Of a stretch of 64,000 bases of DNA, positions 13,079-24,144 are shown piece by piece. The number at the start of each line of letters is the position of its first letter. The stretch's first letter is position 1. Source of the DNA: Macrostomum hystrix (lineage: Eukaryota > Animalia > Platyhelminthes); the NCBI GenBank assembly GCA_950097015.1, contig CATNEN010000030.1:3658001-3722000 (forward strand). The letters are read 5' to 3'. Below the pieces are notes generated by a model. The model worked only from the letters and a program-made list of their open reading frames with translations, searched no databases and was not told the DNA's origin. A program made the translations under genes and the position numbers.

Positions 13079-13420
13079 GCGGACTGGCCGCATACCCTGT
13101 TAAGGTCAAAGGGTGACACCTTTCCCTCAGAGCCGAAGCCAGAGGTACCTGATCACGCACAGGTGCACGAAACGCTGCGGACAGGCCGCATACCCTGTTA
13201 AGGTCAAAGGGTGACACCTTTCCCTCAGAGCCGTAGCCAGAGGTACCTGATCACGCACAGGTGCACGAACGCTGCGGACTGGCCGCATACCCTGTTAAGG
13301 TCAAAGGGTGACACCTTTTCCTCAGAGCCGTAGCCAGAGGTACCTGATCACGCACAGGTGCACGAAAGCTGCGGACTGGCCGCATACCCTGTTAAGGTCA
13401 AAGGGTGACACCTTTCCCTC
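13079..13420 (-). repeat. ~97-bp tandem monomers (3 full + 1 partial) in the LINE 5'UTR
   Basis: Units start at ~13079, 13177, 13274 and 13370 (GCGGACTGGCCGCATACCCTGTTAAGGTCAAAGGGTGACACC...), nearly identical. Confidence 0.95.
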
Positions 13421-14079
13421 CAAACGGGGCTAGAGGTACCCAGTTAGGCCGGAGGCCCTGGATGGGTCGTCCAGCGCTGTTGCCCATTCTGTCCGGCTGC
13501 CCTAGGGTCAGCCTTGAACACTCGCGGGACGTGTACCCATGGGTCAGCTGACGGGACAACGTGGAGAGGATTCCTTCACCCGGAGGCACAGGTCTCCTTC
13601 CTGCCAAACCTGCTCAAAAAACGACTGCAGGTGTGAGGCATCGCAGACCTTAGCCCGTAGGCCTGGTCTGACTCATACCACACAGGCATTGTGTCCCGCC
13701 GGTGCGAGCGATATTTTGACCATATGCTATGGTTCAAATTTTATTGGCTCGTATTGCGCGTTCAACGAGTCCGTGCAGACAATTTTCGCAGGAAAAAATA
13801 TGAATATGAGAACAACAAGCAAAAAAGCGGAACAAATACGACTCATGTCGTGCAGCGTATCAGTCCAACAAAACGTGGTGAACACAGATGCCCCGTCACG
13901 TATTCCTACTAATTATTGATATTGATCGTGCAATTTGCGCACTGGCAGTTAGCGAACACTGCAGCATTGGTATTCTCACGAACAGTTGTTGTCTCGTGGC
14001 TGATGATGCTTTTGCTGCTACTCAAGACGCAAGTACCACTGCTACTGCGCGTAGTTTTAACGTAGCCCCAACAGTAGTT

Positions 14080-15323
14080 GCCATGTCTCAAATGGCGCTG
14101 TCACGCTTCAGGGAGAGACCGCCGCACAGTAGACTCCGTTTGTTGGCCAGTAATGCTCATGATGTCAGACACAGAATAGCCTGAATCTTTCGAGTGACGC
14201 GGATGCAGTGGTTTGTATATCCCTTGCTCGGGCCGCATATCTTGCTGATCCGCTGCATGTACGTACATAGCTAGTTTATAGCTAGAGCCTCGGACTTGCT
14301 TACTGAGAAATTGTAAAGCGGAACTGGCCATTGGTCGCGGGACACATAGTGTCATCTTTCGTTTCAGACGGAAGGACCGACATGTACAGACGTAGAGGGT
14401 CGTATTGCTTCGCGTACAATCGAGCTTGCTTTGGATTAAAATGCTTGGCTCTTGTCGGCTCGGCGCTTGATTTTTTGTAGGCAACATAGGCAAATACTGC
14501 TTACCATCACTGTCGGTCTTTTCACTAAGACTATCTCTACGGCACAGCTGCTTCATACGCTCGTATGTTCTTGTCCTCTTTCACCCAATACATACATCAG
14601 CGTGAAGAGTACCTCATCCTGTAATCGTTCACCATTGGACCGATCAGATTAAGTACGCAAATATTTTCTTGAGGTCCGTTTCCTCAATCGGTTCGAAGCG
14701 CTTCACACTTCTGCAGCATGATATTCTCGAACTTTCATTTGCAGCATACGGTTAGCGCTGCCGAATTCAGGTGCATCGATGATGTTTATTTGTCGTTTTT
14801 AACGACGTAGTTAAAAATGCGCTGGATGCCAGCCCTAATGCAAACCAGACTTGATGCGGAGTATTTTTCGCCACTCGGCTTCGCCAGGCGAAAATGGTAC
14901 AGAATGCGCGTTCAATTTCTCCTGGCCTACCGTCTGTAGGCAATCCACCGAGTAACTCAGATTGGACATTTAGTCAGCAAACCTTTGTCCGTGAAATTGC
15001 ATCTGATTTCGTGTTGATCTATAGGCAGCGAGATCCTCATCTATCGAAACGCCCACATCGGCATTGTCACTGTCAGCAGCCGATAGATCAGGAAGTTCCA
15101 CTCCCATGACGGTGTCATCGTCATGTCGACTGAAATCGATAATGAATTGAAGAAAGCGTTGTAGCTCTCTATCCTCACTATGATCTTCCCGACATTGACA
15201 GTGAGCCAATGCGCTTGATGTAACGCCATCAAGGATTCTACTGGCAAATGCTTCCAGTTGATCATCTTTCTCCAGTGTCCAATAAACCAGTAATGTGTTT
15301 GTATTCTCAAATCCGTTATTCAC
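14080..15323 (-). pseudogene. Decayed Crypton-type (DUF3504/KCTD1-like) tyrosine recombinase
   Basis: Frameshifted fragments KPSGEKYSASSLVCIRAGIQR, INIIDAPEFGSANRML, KRFEPIEETDLKKIFAY, RLQDEVLFTLMYVLGERGQE, TKNQ, MQRISKICGPSKGYTNHCIRVT and DIMSITGQ lie in the order expected for a Crypton YR; multiple stops and frameshifts. Confidence 0.85.
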
Positions 15324-15470
15324 TTATTTTTTATTTTAAGTTTTCAAGCCCTCCAAGAATTTGCCTATGGTACAAACCGACAATCTCTTTTCAGCTAAGC
15401 TGTATGATTCTCTCTCTAACTCAAAAGCTTTTCTAGAACTGTATTCTTGAAATTTGTCTATGGTAAATAA

Positions 15471-15552
15471 ATTTCATGGACAAAGGTTTCCTGACTACAA
15501 TATCTCCAATCTAAGTTACTCAGTGGATCGCCTACAGACGGTAGACCAGGAG
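15471..15552 (+). repeat. Inverted duplicate of an internal Crypton segment (partner 14919-14998)
   Basis: CTCCTGGCCTACCGTCTGTAGGCAATCCACCGAGTAACTCAGATTGGA... at 14919 matches the reverse complement of 15471-15552 with scattered mismatches. Confidence 0.85.
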
Positions 15553-15982
15553 ACGAGCATCTGTGTCTGATTAGGGGTGCAGCCACGAAGAGAGAAGGTT
15601 TAAGGCTAGATGTGCCATTTACGCCTATGAGGACCAACAACCCCCTGAGACGATAAGGAAGTCTGGGTCGATGTACACACCTATGTGTTTTCGCTTGTGT
15701 ATCTGTGTGCGTGAATCTGTGTGTGGTTAAAGTAGATTCAATTTTTTATTTAGCTAAATCCGTGAATTGGTCTCAAACTTCGAATGTGACGCTTCAGCTG
15801 TCTGATGCTTTGCCGTCTGTTTCCTATTACAAAGCCTTCTACTTGCAACGAATTGCAACGATAATATAGAATTAAAAAAATTGAACAATACACTCGCAAC
15901 TTGGCTAAATCACGGATTCGACTTGCTGCCAAGACAGTATTAATGCTGCAGGAAACCCCCCGAGCTCACGACTCAATCAGAA

Positions 15983-16971
15983 ATGTCGCGCCTGCTGCTG
16001 CTGACCCTGCTGCTTGGCGTGCTCCTCCAAGATGCACTCGCGCGCAGCACCTACTACAATAGAATCATCGCCGAGGCAGCCTATCCAAACAGTCCCCTAG
16101 AGAGATATGTGAGTCGATTTAAAAAGCTATCCGATCATGCTTCATTAGACAGTGTACAGCTGTTCAGTCCGTAGACTGTTAACCCACCCCAATTTCTACC
16201 ACAGCTAATTGTTGTTGCCCATTTAACAGCTGGGTGAAGTTAAGAAAACTTTGGATTTAATTGCCTTGCTCATAGACACAAATAGCTTCCTAAGGAGATT
16301 CGAACTTCTGACCTCGCTTAAAAAGATATTGCGCCCGAAAGGGTTATATTAGTGACAATTTTCAAGATGAAACTTAACTAGTTAACTAGTTACCAAGTAC
16401 ATACAAAAAAACAAATTTCCTGCAAAACCAAGCAATTTAAATTGAACCTTCTAATTCATTGTGGTGATATGGAATAAGCAATTGTCCCTTGTCGTTTTGG
16501 CCTCGCTCCTGCTGTTCATTTTTTAAATACGTGAATTAGCACAATAAATTACGAGATTCAGATTTTTTTCGCGGTTTAAAATATGAGCTGATTATAACAA
16601 ACGTTAGAATAACGCTTATTTAAAAAACATATTATTGTATATTGACTCGAGAGAAACAAATTTAGTGTTCAAAATGTTAAATTCTATGCATAAAAACACT
16701 TGTACTATTAGAGAATTCAAAAAGTTGAATTAATTAAAGTTTATTGACTTCGCTTCAATTTTTCGTTAAAAAATTAAAGGTTGCCACCCACATGGGCGAC
16801 GAGCTGCCTCGAATGCGCAACGACCTGATTTTGCGCAAGCTGAATGGCGAAGGTTTCCTAGGAAGGCATTACAATGCCTGGCGCAACAGAAACAATTGGG
16901 CTGTTGATCCTAACAACGACAGGCTGGAGATCATGTTTCCATGGAGTAGTGGACGTCGACGATTTGGTTGA
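15983..16971 (+). CDS. Secreted peptide prohormone-like precursor, 105 aa, exons 15983-16108 and 16780-16971
   Basis: Hydrophobic signal peptide MSRLLLLTLLLGVLLQDALA; phase-0 GTGAGT..TAAAG join; dibasic RK site and C-terminal G-RRR amidation/cleavage signal. Confidence 0.75.
16150..16320 (-). mobile_element. SINE family B fragment (tRNA-like B box plus Nin/Deu-like central motif)
   Basis: GAGGTCAGAAGTTCGAATCTC...TGTGTCTATGAGCAAGG...CCCAGCTGTTAAATGGG...GGACTGAACAGCTG; homologous to 20685-20905. Confidence 0.65.
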
Positions 16972-17199
16972 CTAAATCTGCTTCGAGCCTGGTGAAAATT
17001 TTCGGCAGATCAATCAATGTTGGAATCGATAATTGAATCGAGACAATTTTTCGTGACGTTTACTTACTATAAATATTATCCAACAATTAAACTTTCCTGC
17101 TAATTAACTGTCTCCTGTAGCTTTTAATTACAAGTAGCTACTATTAACCTGTACCTGCAAAACCTTAAAATTGTATACTACACCAAGCCTACACTCTAT

Positions 17200-17320
17200 G
17201 CCAGCCTATACCCATTTTACAGCTGTCCTTGCTCAAGGACACAAATTGTTTTCTCGATGCTGATGTTCGAACTCCAGACCTCCCCAGAGTTTCAGCGGTA
17301 TCTGCACGATTTGGCATAGA
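17200..17320 (-). mobile_element. SINE family B fragment
   Basis: GAGGTCTGGAGTTCGAAC...TGTGTCCTTGAGCAAGGACAGCTGTAAAATGGGTA. Confidence 0.6.
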
Positions 17321-18071
17321 CCTCGTGTTTATTTATAACAAGGCCACTCGTTATAAAATATTTTTTATACTCGTCGTCAATGATTGCCATATTGCAACCT
17401 TTCACTCATGAAATACAGCTCCCGAGGTGAAAATTCCAATAAAATGTAGCCACAAGGGGCACGGTAGGTTTAATCAGTCGAGTCCAACTCTGCACTGTCC
17501 CTGAGAACACCGAATTAAATTATTTCTATTATATTTTTTGTGATAAAAGAGCTAGTCGTTCACTCAAGCGTGAACCCAGCAGTGAGCAGAACTCAAGGCA
17601 AATTGTGAGTAGTAAATTTGAGTCTATTTTTTACTAGTTTCTTCAAGTTACTTCAGGTTTAAAAGGTTGATCAATTCACACTGTCGCAAATGCGAAAAAT
17701 TCTTTCAGCCAAACGTCAAATTTTTCCAAACTCTAGAACGCTTATCAGAGCTATGAGTAAGGACAAGTTTAAAAATAGGACACTAAATGAAAAATAGAAT
17801 GGCTCTCAAAGTACTCCAAGCTGTCGATAAAGGAAAGCCTTAATGTTCGTTTAATTTTTATTTATCTATTCAATTTCTCGACAAAGATTGGAAAGCTGAA
17901 CTGAAGCTATAAGTCTCCTTATCACGAAGGGTCTAATGACAAGCTAGCAGTGACCCTGTAAAAACCTGAAACTGTCATTATAAATTGACGAGAAGAGCAG
18001 AACCGCGCTCGAAAAGCTTCAACTGTGGCTCATTTCTAGTGGTAAAATAAATAAGTTCAACAACTTCTGCA

Positions 18072-21000
18072 ATGTCACTTTTTCAAGGCCCGGGCCTTGC
18101 AATCCTGGTGCTTCTACTAAGCACAGTTTGTCTAGCCAATAAGCAGCATCAGCAGCAGCAGCAGCAGCCTCATCAGCTGGATCCAGCAGCCGTCCGAGCT
18201 GTGCTGAGCACCGCCATGCGCTGCCAGAACCTGCCGCAGCTGCACGCAACGGTGGTGCACCGTGGCGTGCAGCTGCACAGCTTCCGGCTTCAGCTGCAGT
18301 CAGATGGCTCCGTCACCGACATCGCGGACACCTCCGTGCTGCTACCGCTGGCTTCAATCAGCAAGGGCATGTTCTCAACAGTTTTGCCCATTGTGCAGCA
18401 GCAGCTGAGGGAAGACAAAGCTGACCCGAATTTCGAGTGAGCCATTGAGCATCTTCAGTATAACTTTTGATAGCTGTCTATTTTTGACAAATTCACAAGT
18501 GTACCATAAGTACACTCGAATACCACCAATAGTACCAGAAACACACTCGAATACTACCAATAGTACCAGAAACACACTCGAATACTACCAATAGTACCAG
18601 AAACACACTCGAATACTACCAATAGTACTAGAAACACACTCGAATACTACCAATAGTACCAGAAACACACTCGAATACTACCAATAGTACCAGAAACACA
18701 CACTCGAATACTACCACTAGTACCAGAAACACACTCGAATACTACCAATAGTACCAGAAACACACACTCGAATACTACCACTAGTACCAGAAACACACTC
18801 GAATACTACCAATAGTACTAGAAACACACTCGAATACTACCAATAGTACCAGAAACACACACTCGAATACTACCAATAGTACCAGAAACACACTCTAATA
18901 CTACCAATAGTACTAGAAACACACTCGAATACTACCAATAGTACCAGAAACACACTCGAATACTACCTATAGTACTAGAAACACACTCGAATACTACCAC
19001 TAGTACCAGAAACACACTCGAATACTACCAATAGTACCAGAAACACACTCTAATACTACCAATAGTACCAGAAACACACTCGAATACTACCAATAGTACC
19101 AGAAACACACTCGAATACTACCAATAGTACCAGAAACACACTCGAATACTACCAATAGTACCAGAAACACACTCGAATACTACCAATAGTACCAGAATCA
19201 CACTCGAATACTACCGTTCGGACCAGATCGGTTGTTTAGCTGCAGATCGCTTAGCGTGTTTGCACTTCGCACAATGGTCCCTGAGTTCGATTCCACAGTG
19301 AGGCCACATTCATTTGGGGCGCAGCTGCGGAGAGAAGGCTTGGGGGATTTTCGTGAAATTTTCGCCCTTGACGGCCAACCTTCTAGGCACATAGAGAGTG
19401 TACTCGTACACCTGCTTGTCGATGAGAGAAACAGGGCACATGTACACACCTGTATGAGTGTGTGCATACGCACAGTATCTGTGTGCGTGTGTGCTTAGGT
19501 GTCAGCGCGATGGGCAGTTTTGTCTCTTGCGGGCTGTGAGTTTCCTGCCGCTAAAGGTTGTATCTGTGCCCAGAACCGTCCTGCAATTATTATTAATTAA
19601 CCGATCAACCCATTTACACGTACATAGGAATACTACCATGAAAAATCACTATCCAAATGGATCCTTACCAACAGAGCTGCTAAAAATCGGTCAACCGTCT
19701 AACATTCCAGCCTGCTGACAACCCCAATCAAGAAGCTGCTGGGCGACGATAACTTTTGGTTCCTAGACCACATCCGCACTGATGCGGTGACAATTGAGGA
19801 CCTGACCAGCCACACCACCGGCCTGAGCCGGCATGACGCGCTGTCCCTCTGGTCGGGCATCAGGACCAAGGCTGAGCTGGCTCAACGCACTGGTCGCTTC
19901 AGCGCCACCGGGACATTCCGAGGCTCCTATATCTATAACAACCTGGTCTGGACCATTGCTGACATGACTGTGGAGCGCCTGACTGGCCAGAACTTCACCA
20001 CCTACATGCGCAGGTTTCTATGGCAACGGCTGGGCATGACGGGCACAGTTGGCAGCTCAGAGATCGACTCGCGCAATTTGGTCTCCAAGCTGCTGCGAGT
20101 GCCCAAGAGCTTCGGCTCGAGTTGGTCTGCCTTCGAGCGAACCGAATTGGAGAGGTTTGTGACAGGCGGGTTGCCTCACTTATATTCGCGCCTAAATCTT
20201 GAACCCTGATTGCACCAATAATAAAATAATTGCTGGAGGGCTGCGGGCAATGGCACGTCTTTTGGGGACAGTAGACCCGCAGCCAGCGAGGAGGCAATTC
20301 TGGCCATTCCGCTGAGTCTTGAGCATACACTCACAGATACCGAACGTGGGCACACACTCACACAGGTGTGTACATCTGCCCTGACTTTCTCATCGTCAGG
20401 CAGTGTGCACTTCCTTGAGGGCCCTGAATTTTGTAAATTCCACGACAAGCCTCCTCTGCGCCCCAAATAAATGGGGCCTCGCCGCGGAATCGAGCCCACG
20501 GACCTTGGCACGAGAGGCATACGCGTGCCACCGACCCCCAAAGCTGTATGGCTGCATTAAAAAAAAGCATCGCAGAATAAACAAAAAAAAATTGAGACTA
20601 AAACAGCACATTTAAGGTCCAAACTTTTGTTTGCTGGAGAGATGCACTGCCAGAGGCAAAGCTGCTGCTATTGCGTATCGCTTACAAAGGCTGCGTATAG
20701 CTGTTCAGTCCATGGACAATGAGACCGACAGACCCACCCTGTAGTTTCTACCCCAGCTAAATCCTGGTACCCATTTTACAGCTGGCTAAACGGAAGCTAA
20801 CAATTAATTGACTCGATCAAGGACACAAATAGTTTCTCCTCGGCTGAGATTCGAGCTCAGGACCTCCCGGCTTAGACTCCTGAGCTTTAACCACTGGGCT
20901 AGGATCTTACAGGGCTTAGATCCGATTCCTATCAATGACCACTAAACTAGTATTGTAAGTGAACCTTTTTGTCCTAGCTGGTAATTCTGTTGGGTGGGTT

Positions 21001-24000
21001 GATTTCGGAATCATAGCATAGCACTGATTGAATCTCGCCATCTCGCCCTCTCAGATCCCTAGATATTGTGGAAGCCGCTGGTGGCATCTACGCCCCACTT
21101 GACGACATGGCAAAGTACATGCGGCATCACACCTCAGCCAATTACTCCAGCTTCCTACCACCTCCGGGGCCGTTCAAATCTGTCAACGCCTTCTCGGCTT
21201 CGCCAATCATCGATCTCAAACTCATCAACGACTCAGTGACTGACTTTCCGGATGTTGATTCAGAGTCCTACGGACACGGCTGGAACCGCCAGTGGTACCG
21301 CGGTGAGTGTCACGCACAGATCCCTGTTTAATATCCCCTTTGTTCACAGATCCCTGTTTATTCTCCCATCTGTTCACAGATCCCTGTTTAATTGTAGCAG
21401 CAAATTCACTTCTTTCTTTTTAGTCTTAATATTTAAAGATTCAAATGGTACTTTTATTTCCCCCTTACCGCTAATTTGTCTATGACCCTTGTTATAGTTA
21501 GGTACAGTCGCCCGGTTAAGACTTAAATGTAACCCCACGACAAAACTAAATAAACAAGCGCAAGCTTTTGCCGACTCTTAAATTTAACAGCAACATTTGT
21601 AGCAAGTCAGCTACATAATATCCCCTTTGTTCACAGATCCCCATTTAAAATTCACTCTGTTCACAGATCCCTGTTTAATCTCCCCTCTGTTTATAGATCC
21701 CTGTTTAAATCCCCTTTGTTCACAGATCTCATGGTAAATTCTCCCCTCTGTTCACAGATCCCTGTTTAATCTCTCCTCTGTTCACAGATCTCATGGTAAA
21801 TTCTCCCCTCTGTTCACAGATCCCTGTTTAATCTCTCCTCTGTTCATAGATACCTGTTTATTCTCCCCTCTGTTCACAGATCCCTGTTTAATCTCTCCTC
21901 TGTTCATAGATCCCTGTTTACTCTCCCCTCTGTTCACAGATCCCTATTTAATCTCTCCTCTGTTCCTAGATCCCTGTTTATTCTCCCCTCTGTTCATAGA
22001 TCACTGTTTATTTTTCCCTTTGTTCACCGATCCCTGTTTAATATCCCCTTTGTTCACCGATCCCTGTATAATCTCTCCTCTGTTCACAGATCCGTGTTCA
22101 TTCTCCCCTCTGTTCATAGATCCCTGTTTAATGTCCCTTCTGTTCATAGATCCCTGTTTATTCTCCCCTCTATTCATGGATCCCTGTTTAATGTCCCTTC
22201 TGCTCACAGATCCCTGTTTAATCTCTCCTCTGTTCACAGATCCCTGTTCATTCTCCCCTCTGTTCATAGATCCCTGTTTAATCTCTCCTCTGTTCACAGA
22301 TCCCTGTTTAATCTCCCCTCTGTTCATAGATCCCTGTTTAATCTCCCCTCTGTTCACAGATCCCTGTTTAATCTCTCCTCTGTTCACAAATCCCTGTTTA
22401 ATATCCCCACTGTTCACAGATCCCTGTTTAATCTCTCCTCTGTTCACAGATCCCACGGTAAATTCTCCCCACTGTTCATAGATCCCATGGTAAATTCACC
22501 TCTCTGTTCACAGATCCCATGGTAAATTCTCCCCACTGTTCACAGATCACATGGTAAATTCTCCCCACTGTTCACAGATCCCATTTTGAATTCTCCCTAT
22601 TCTCATACGCATGCCACTGTCCACTGGTCTAACTTATCAATGCAGATCACCTGTCCTATGAGCACGGCGGCTCCTTATTCAACGCCCACTGCCACCTGCG
22701 AGTGCTGTCCAAACTGCGGCTGTCGGTGTTTCTTCACGTCACCCTGGGGCCGGCCCTAACACCTGTCCAATCAGCCTACGCCAACCTGCTTAACAACTAC
22801 CTGACCGACTTGCTGCTGCAAAACACGTCCTTCGCCACGCAGGACAATGTGTGCAACATCTTCAAGGCAGCTAACCCTGGACCACCGCAGGTGGTGCCCA
22901 GGCGAAGCTTCAGCAGATCCGACGCAGAAATCTGCACCGGGAGGTGAGCTGGGCTGTGGGATTCAATGTGAATTACAATGGATTGCTAGCCTAGCACTCA
23001 TAGATAAAGGAATATAATGGATTTTTAGTCTAGCTCATGGATGAAGGAATATAATGGATTGCTAGTCTAGCCTTCATGGATGAATGAGTCTAGCCCTAAT
23101 ATTTAGGTTTGATCAGTGAAATTCGAGAAAGTCGCGTCTGGGTGTCCATAGTGGCCTATTTCCACCTGTTGTTGTCCTTGAAGGTCCAGCAGTCTGTCTA
23201 GTTAAAGGTAGGTGACCACCGAAGACGGAGATGATGCAGGCACATTCGGGTGACATGCTGATCAATTTTAAATGCCTGGCAAGGCCGCACTGAGGCGCAG
23301 TGCTAATTCGTGTATGGGGTGTGTAAAATCCGCGCTCGTACATAACGCTTATGACAAAAATCATACCATCGGCCAGAAACATTGAATATCTCGACAGTCT
23401 GAGGAGCTAGCAACTTGATTATTGTTTCAGAAGATGCGCAAAAAAAAGTTGGCCCATGTTCTTGAGTTTCGTGTGCTTGCGTTGCTCCGTTCGGATGCAG
23501 CATAAAAAATTGTCATGGGGAATTCCTCCCTTTAATAGTTCTACTGTTAATCTACCGTGAATGACGGAATGCGCCTAATTTGCCTGGCCCTGCATTTCTC
23601 ATTAGAGTTTTGACCATAGAAGCGCTTGGCTCCCTCCCCGCATTTGTGCAGCTTCGGCAGCTTCGGATTTGGCGAGGTGCTGATCGCGGAGAACAGCACC
23701 AGCGGCCTCTTTACCGCGTCCTACGGCTCCGTGTTGTACGAGATGACACCAGTCCGGCTGGCCGGCGAGACCGACGCTGACTTCAGCTTCTTCCTGACCG
23801 TCCTTCGGCCTAGCGGCTTCCCAGTGCCGGCGCCGGTCCTGAGCCTCAACGCCAGTCACGTGACCCTGCGCCCGGGCAGCTTGGACGCCCGGCTATACCA
23901 GCCACAGACGCCGCTGTTCTTGCGCATCAGCCGGGCGTCAACCGGCGGACAGTCTCCGGCTGCGGTGCTCCTGCGCTCGCCGGCGTTTGAGTCGACCGCC

Positions 24001-24144
24001 CAGCTGGAGAAGGGCCTGAAGCCGGCTGACTGGAAACGGCCCCAGCTGTGCCCCGCCGTGGACAAGGCGGCCATCGCCACTGCCGGCTCCTTGGCTGCCG
24101 TGCTGACTGGCGCAGTGCTGTCAAGCTTGGCTCAGAGGGCCTGA
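18072..24144 (+). CDS. Secreted serine beta-lactamase/penicillin-binding-protein family protein, 615 aa, probable GPI signal; exons 18072-18436, 19711-20154, 21055-21302, 22646-22943, 23652-24144
   Basis: All four junctions are phase-consistent (1848 nt). Signal peptide, SxxK (ASISK), LTSHTTGL, YxN (YNN), GGIY..LDDMAKYM, HGG motif and a hydrophobic C-terminal tail without a cytosolic segment. Confidence 0.85.
18517..19215. repeat. 31-bp minisatellite (GAATACTACCAATAGTACCAGAAACACACTC)n, beta-lactamase intron 1
   Basis: Tandem unit visible directly. Confidence 0.95.
19229..19598 (+). mobile_element. tRNA-derived SINE family A (diverged copy)
   Basis: B box GAGTTCGATTCC, body GGAGAGAAGGCTTGG..TGTACACACCTGT, 3' end GTCAGCG..ATGGGC..CCTGCAATTATTATT. 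Confidence 0.8.
20220..20538 (-). mobile_element. tRNA-derived SINE family A
   Basis: Head GGTCGGTGGC..GGGCTCGATTCC, hairpin body, LINE-like 3' end and ATT-rich tail. Confidence 0.85.
20685..20905 (-). mobile_element. tRNA-derived SINE family B
   Basis: A box TAGCCCAGTGG, B box GAGCTCGAATC, TGTGTCCTTGA and CCAGCTGTAAAATGGGTACC (resembles the Nin/Deu domain), 3' CCATGGACTGAACAGC. Confidence 0.75.
21600..22590. repeat. 30-bp minisatellite (TTTAATCTCTCCTCTGTTCACAGATCCCTG)n, beta-lactamase intron 3
   Basis: Tandem unit visible; a few extra units at 21313-21390 just after the donor. Confidence 0.95.
23090..23525. repeat. Dispersed ~430-bp repeat, inverted copy at 54297-54720
   Basis: Long matching blocks, e.g. 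GATGATGCAGGCACATTCGGGTGACATGCTGAT and GTTGGCCCATGTTCTTGAGTTTCGTGTGCTTGCGTT. Confidence 0.85.

Larger units (their letters stand above)
7462..13709 (-). mobile_element. Full-length non-LTR retrotransposon, R1/LOA-like (ORF1 + APE-RT-RNaseH-CCHC ORF2)
   Basis: 14-bp TSD GATATTTTGACCAT at 7448-7461 and 13710-13723; 3' tail (TAAG/TCAAG)n; APE motifs (LQVNTQH, LVQEPW, GDANSHH, SDH), RT motifs (KAPGPDG, FLDIEGAFD, GPQGGVLTP, YADD), RNase H ([26 protein letters not shown]), terminal CPFC..EHFICHC. Clade assignment is less certain than the non-LTR call. Confidence 0.95.

Noticed and set aside
13430-13709. HDV-like ribozyme at the LINE 5' end (reported for some R1/LOA-group elements)
   Set aside because: By eye I could not assemble P1/P2/P3/P1.1; only simple hairpins (e.g. 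CAGACC/GGTCTG) were found. A descriptor search would be needed to exclude it fully.
14919-15552. The 80-bp inverted pair as the TIRs of a 630-bp MITE
   Set aside because: No TSD, and the left arm lies inside Crypton coding remnants; better described as an inverted duplication.
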